Shown here: piece by piece, positions 63,191 to 64,000 of the stretch
Layout: every line of letters begins with the position of its first letter
Numbering within the stretch: position 1 is the stretch's first letter
Translations under genes and position numbers: made by a program
From: Octopus sinensis
Taxonomy: Eukaryota
NCBI RefSeq assembly: GCF_006345805.1
Contig: NC_043003.1
Span: forward strand, 91,698,001-91,762,000
Direction: 5' to 3'
Length of the DNA: 64,000 nt
Notes under the pieces: model-generated
What the model was told of the DNA's origin: nothing
What the model saw: only the letters and a program-made list of their open reading frames with translations
Databases searched by the model: none

Positions 63191-63599
63191 TATATATATA
63201 GGTGTGTGTGTGAATACACACACATACACAGACACGCATATAATGGACTCTCCTGTTGAAGACCACGAATAAGTGTTCAGCTTTTGCCAAACAACCTGCA
63301 CAAATGATTTGTCTATAGTGATCAAATGCTTGTACTGCACATTAGCTCACTTTTTCCATCAAATCGACCTTGTCTGATCAAGTGCACAGTCTACCACACA
63401 TCAGGAGTCAAAATGATTGCAGAGCAACAGGAGATGGAGTGTTTTGCTCAAGAACACAATGCACCACCTGGTCTCGGAATTGAAAACATAATCTAGCGAT
63501 TCTGAGTGCAACACCCTAACCACTAGGCCATGCACCCCCCACACAATAACACCTGCATTTAAATCCATTTCTTTATATATATATATATGTATATATACT

Positions 63600-64000
63600 T
63601 GACAGAGTGTAAATACCTTGAGAGAAAAGTTGGACATAAGAGGCATCAGTTGTGGTGTGCAAGAGAGACGTTTGCACTGGTATGGTCATGTGGCGAGAAT
63701 GGATGAAGATAGTTGTGTGAAAAAGTGCCATACCCTAGTAGTTGGGGGAACTTGTGGAAGAGGCAGACCCAGGAAAACCTGGAATGAGATGATGAAGAAC
63801 GACCTTCAAACTTTAGGTCTCACCAAGGAAATGACTAGAGACCGAGACCTTTGGAAGTATGCTGTGCGTGAGAAGACCTGGCAAGACAAGTGAGACCATA
63901 ACCCGTGGCCTCTACCTGGGATGTAGCCAGTCCACTTATGCATACCTTTCCTTCTTGGGACACAAAACTCTACTTGTGAAGACCTGTTGAGGCAAGTGAA
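63600..64000 (+). mobile_element. RTE LINE ORF end and start of 3' UTR (runs off window)
   Basis: RRLHWYGHVARMDEDSCVKKC...GRGRPRKTW...DRDLWKYAV*. Confidence 0.88.

Overview
Eukaryotic, AT-rich, repeat-saturated genomic DNA, most likely from an octopod cephalopod (inferred from tRNA-derived SINE families resembling the octopus OR/OK-type SINEs, the LINE complement and dense TA/CA/TAA microsatellites). No prokaryotic features, rRNA, genuine tRNA genes or CRISPR arrays were found. Most ORFs in the supplied track are microsatellite or antisense artefacts. Recognisable coding remnants are all transposon-derived: two R4/Dong-type RLE LINEs, several RTE LINEs (one BovB-like), CR1, L1/Tx1, a Penelope-like element (RT plus GIY-YIG), mariner D,D34D copies and a DD37D (maT) copy. 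The only non-TE coding candidate is an intronless 288-aa orphan ORF (26294-27160) with a TATA box, a Kozak-like start and a polyA signal. The main hidden signal is a set of at least 8 minimal type-I hammerhead ribozyme motifs in about 5 unrelated short non-coding elements. Most of these elements lie in (TA)n tracts and several are foldbacks. One is a head-to-head palindrome of tRNA-like Pol III heads with hammerhead arms, flanked by a 12-bp target duplication. I interpret this as a probable non-autonomous, Penelope-mobilised retrozyme/SINE system. All structures were read by eye and need computational confirmation.
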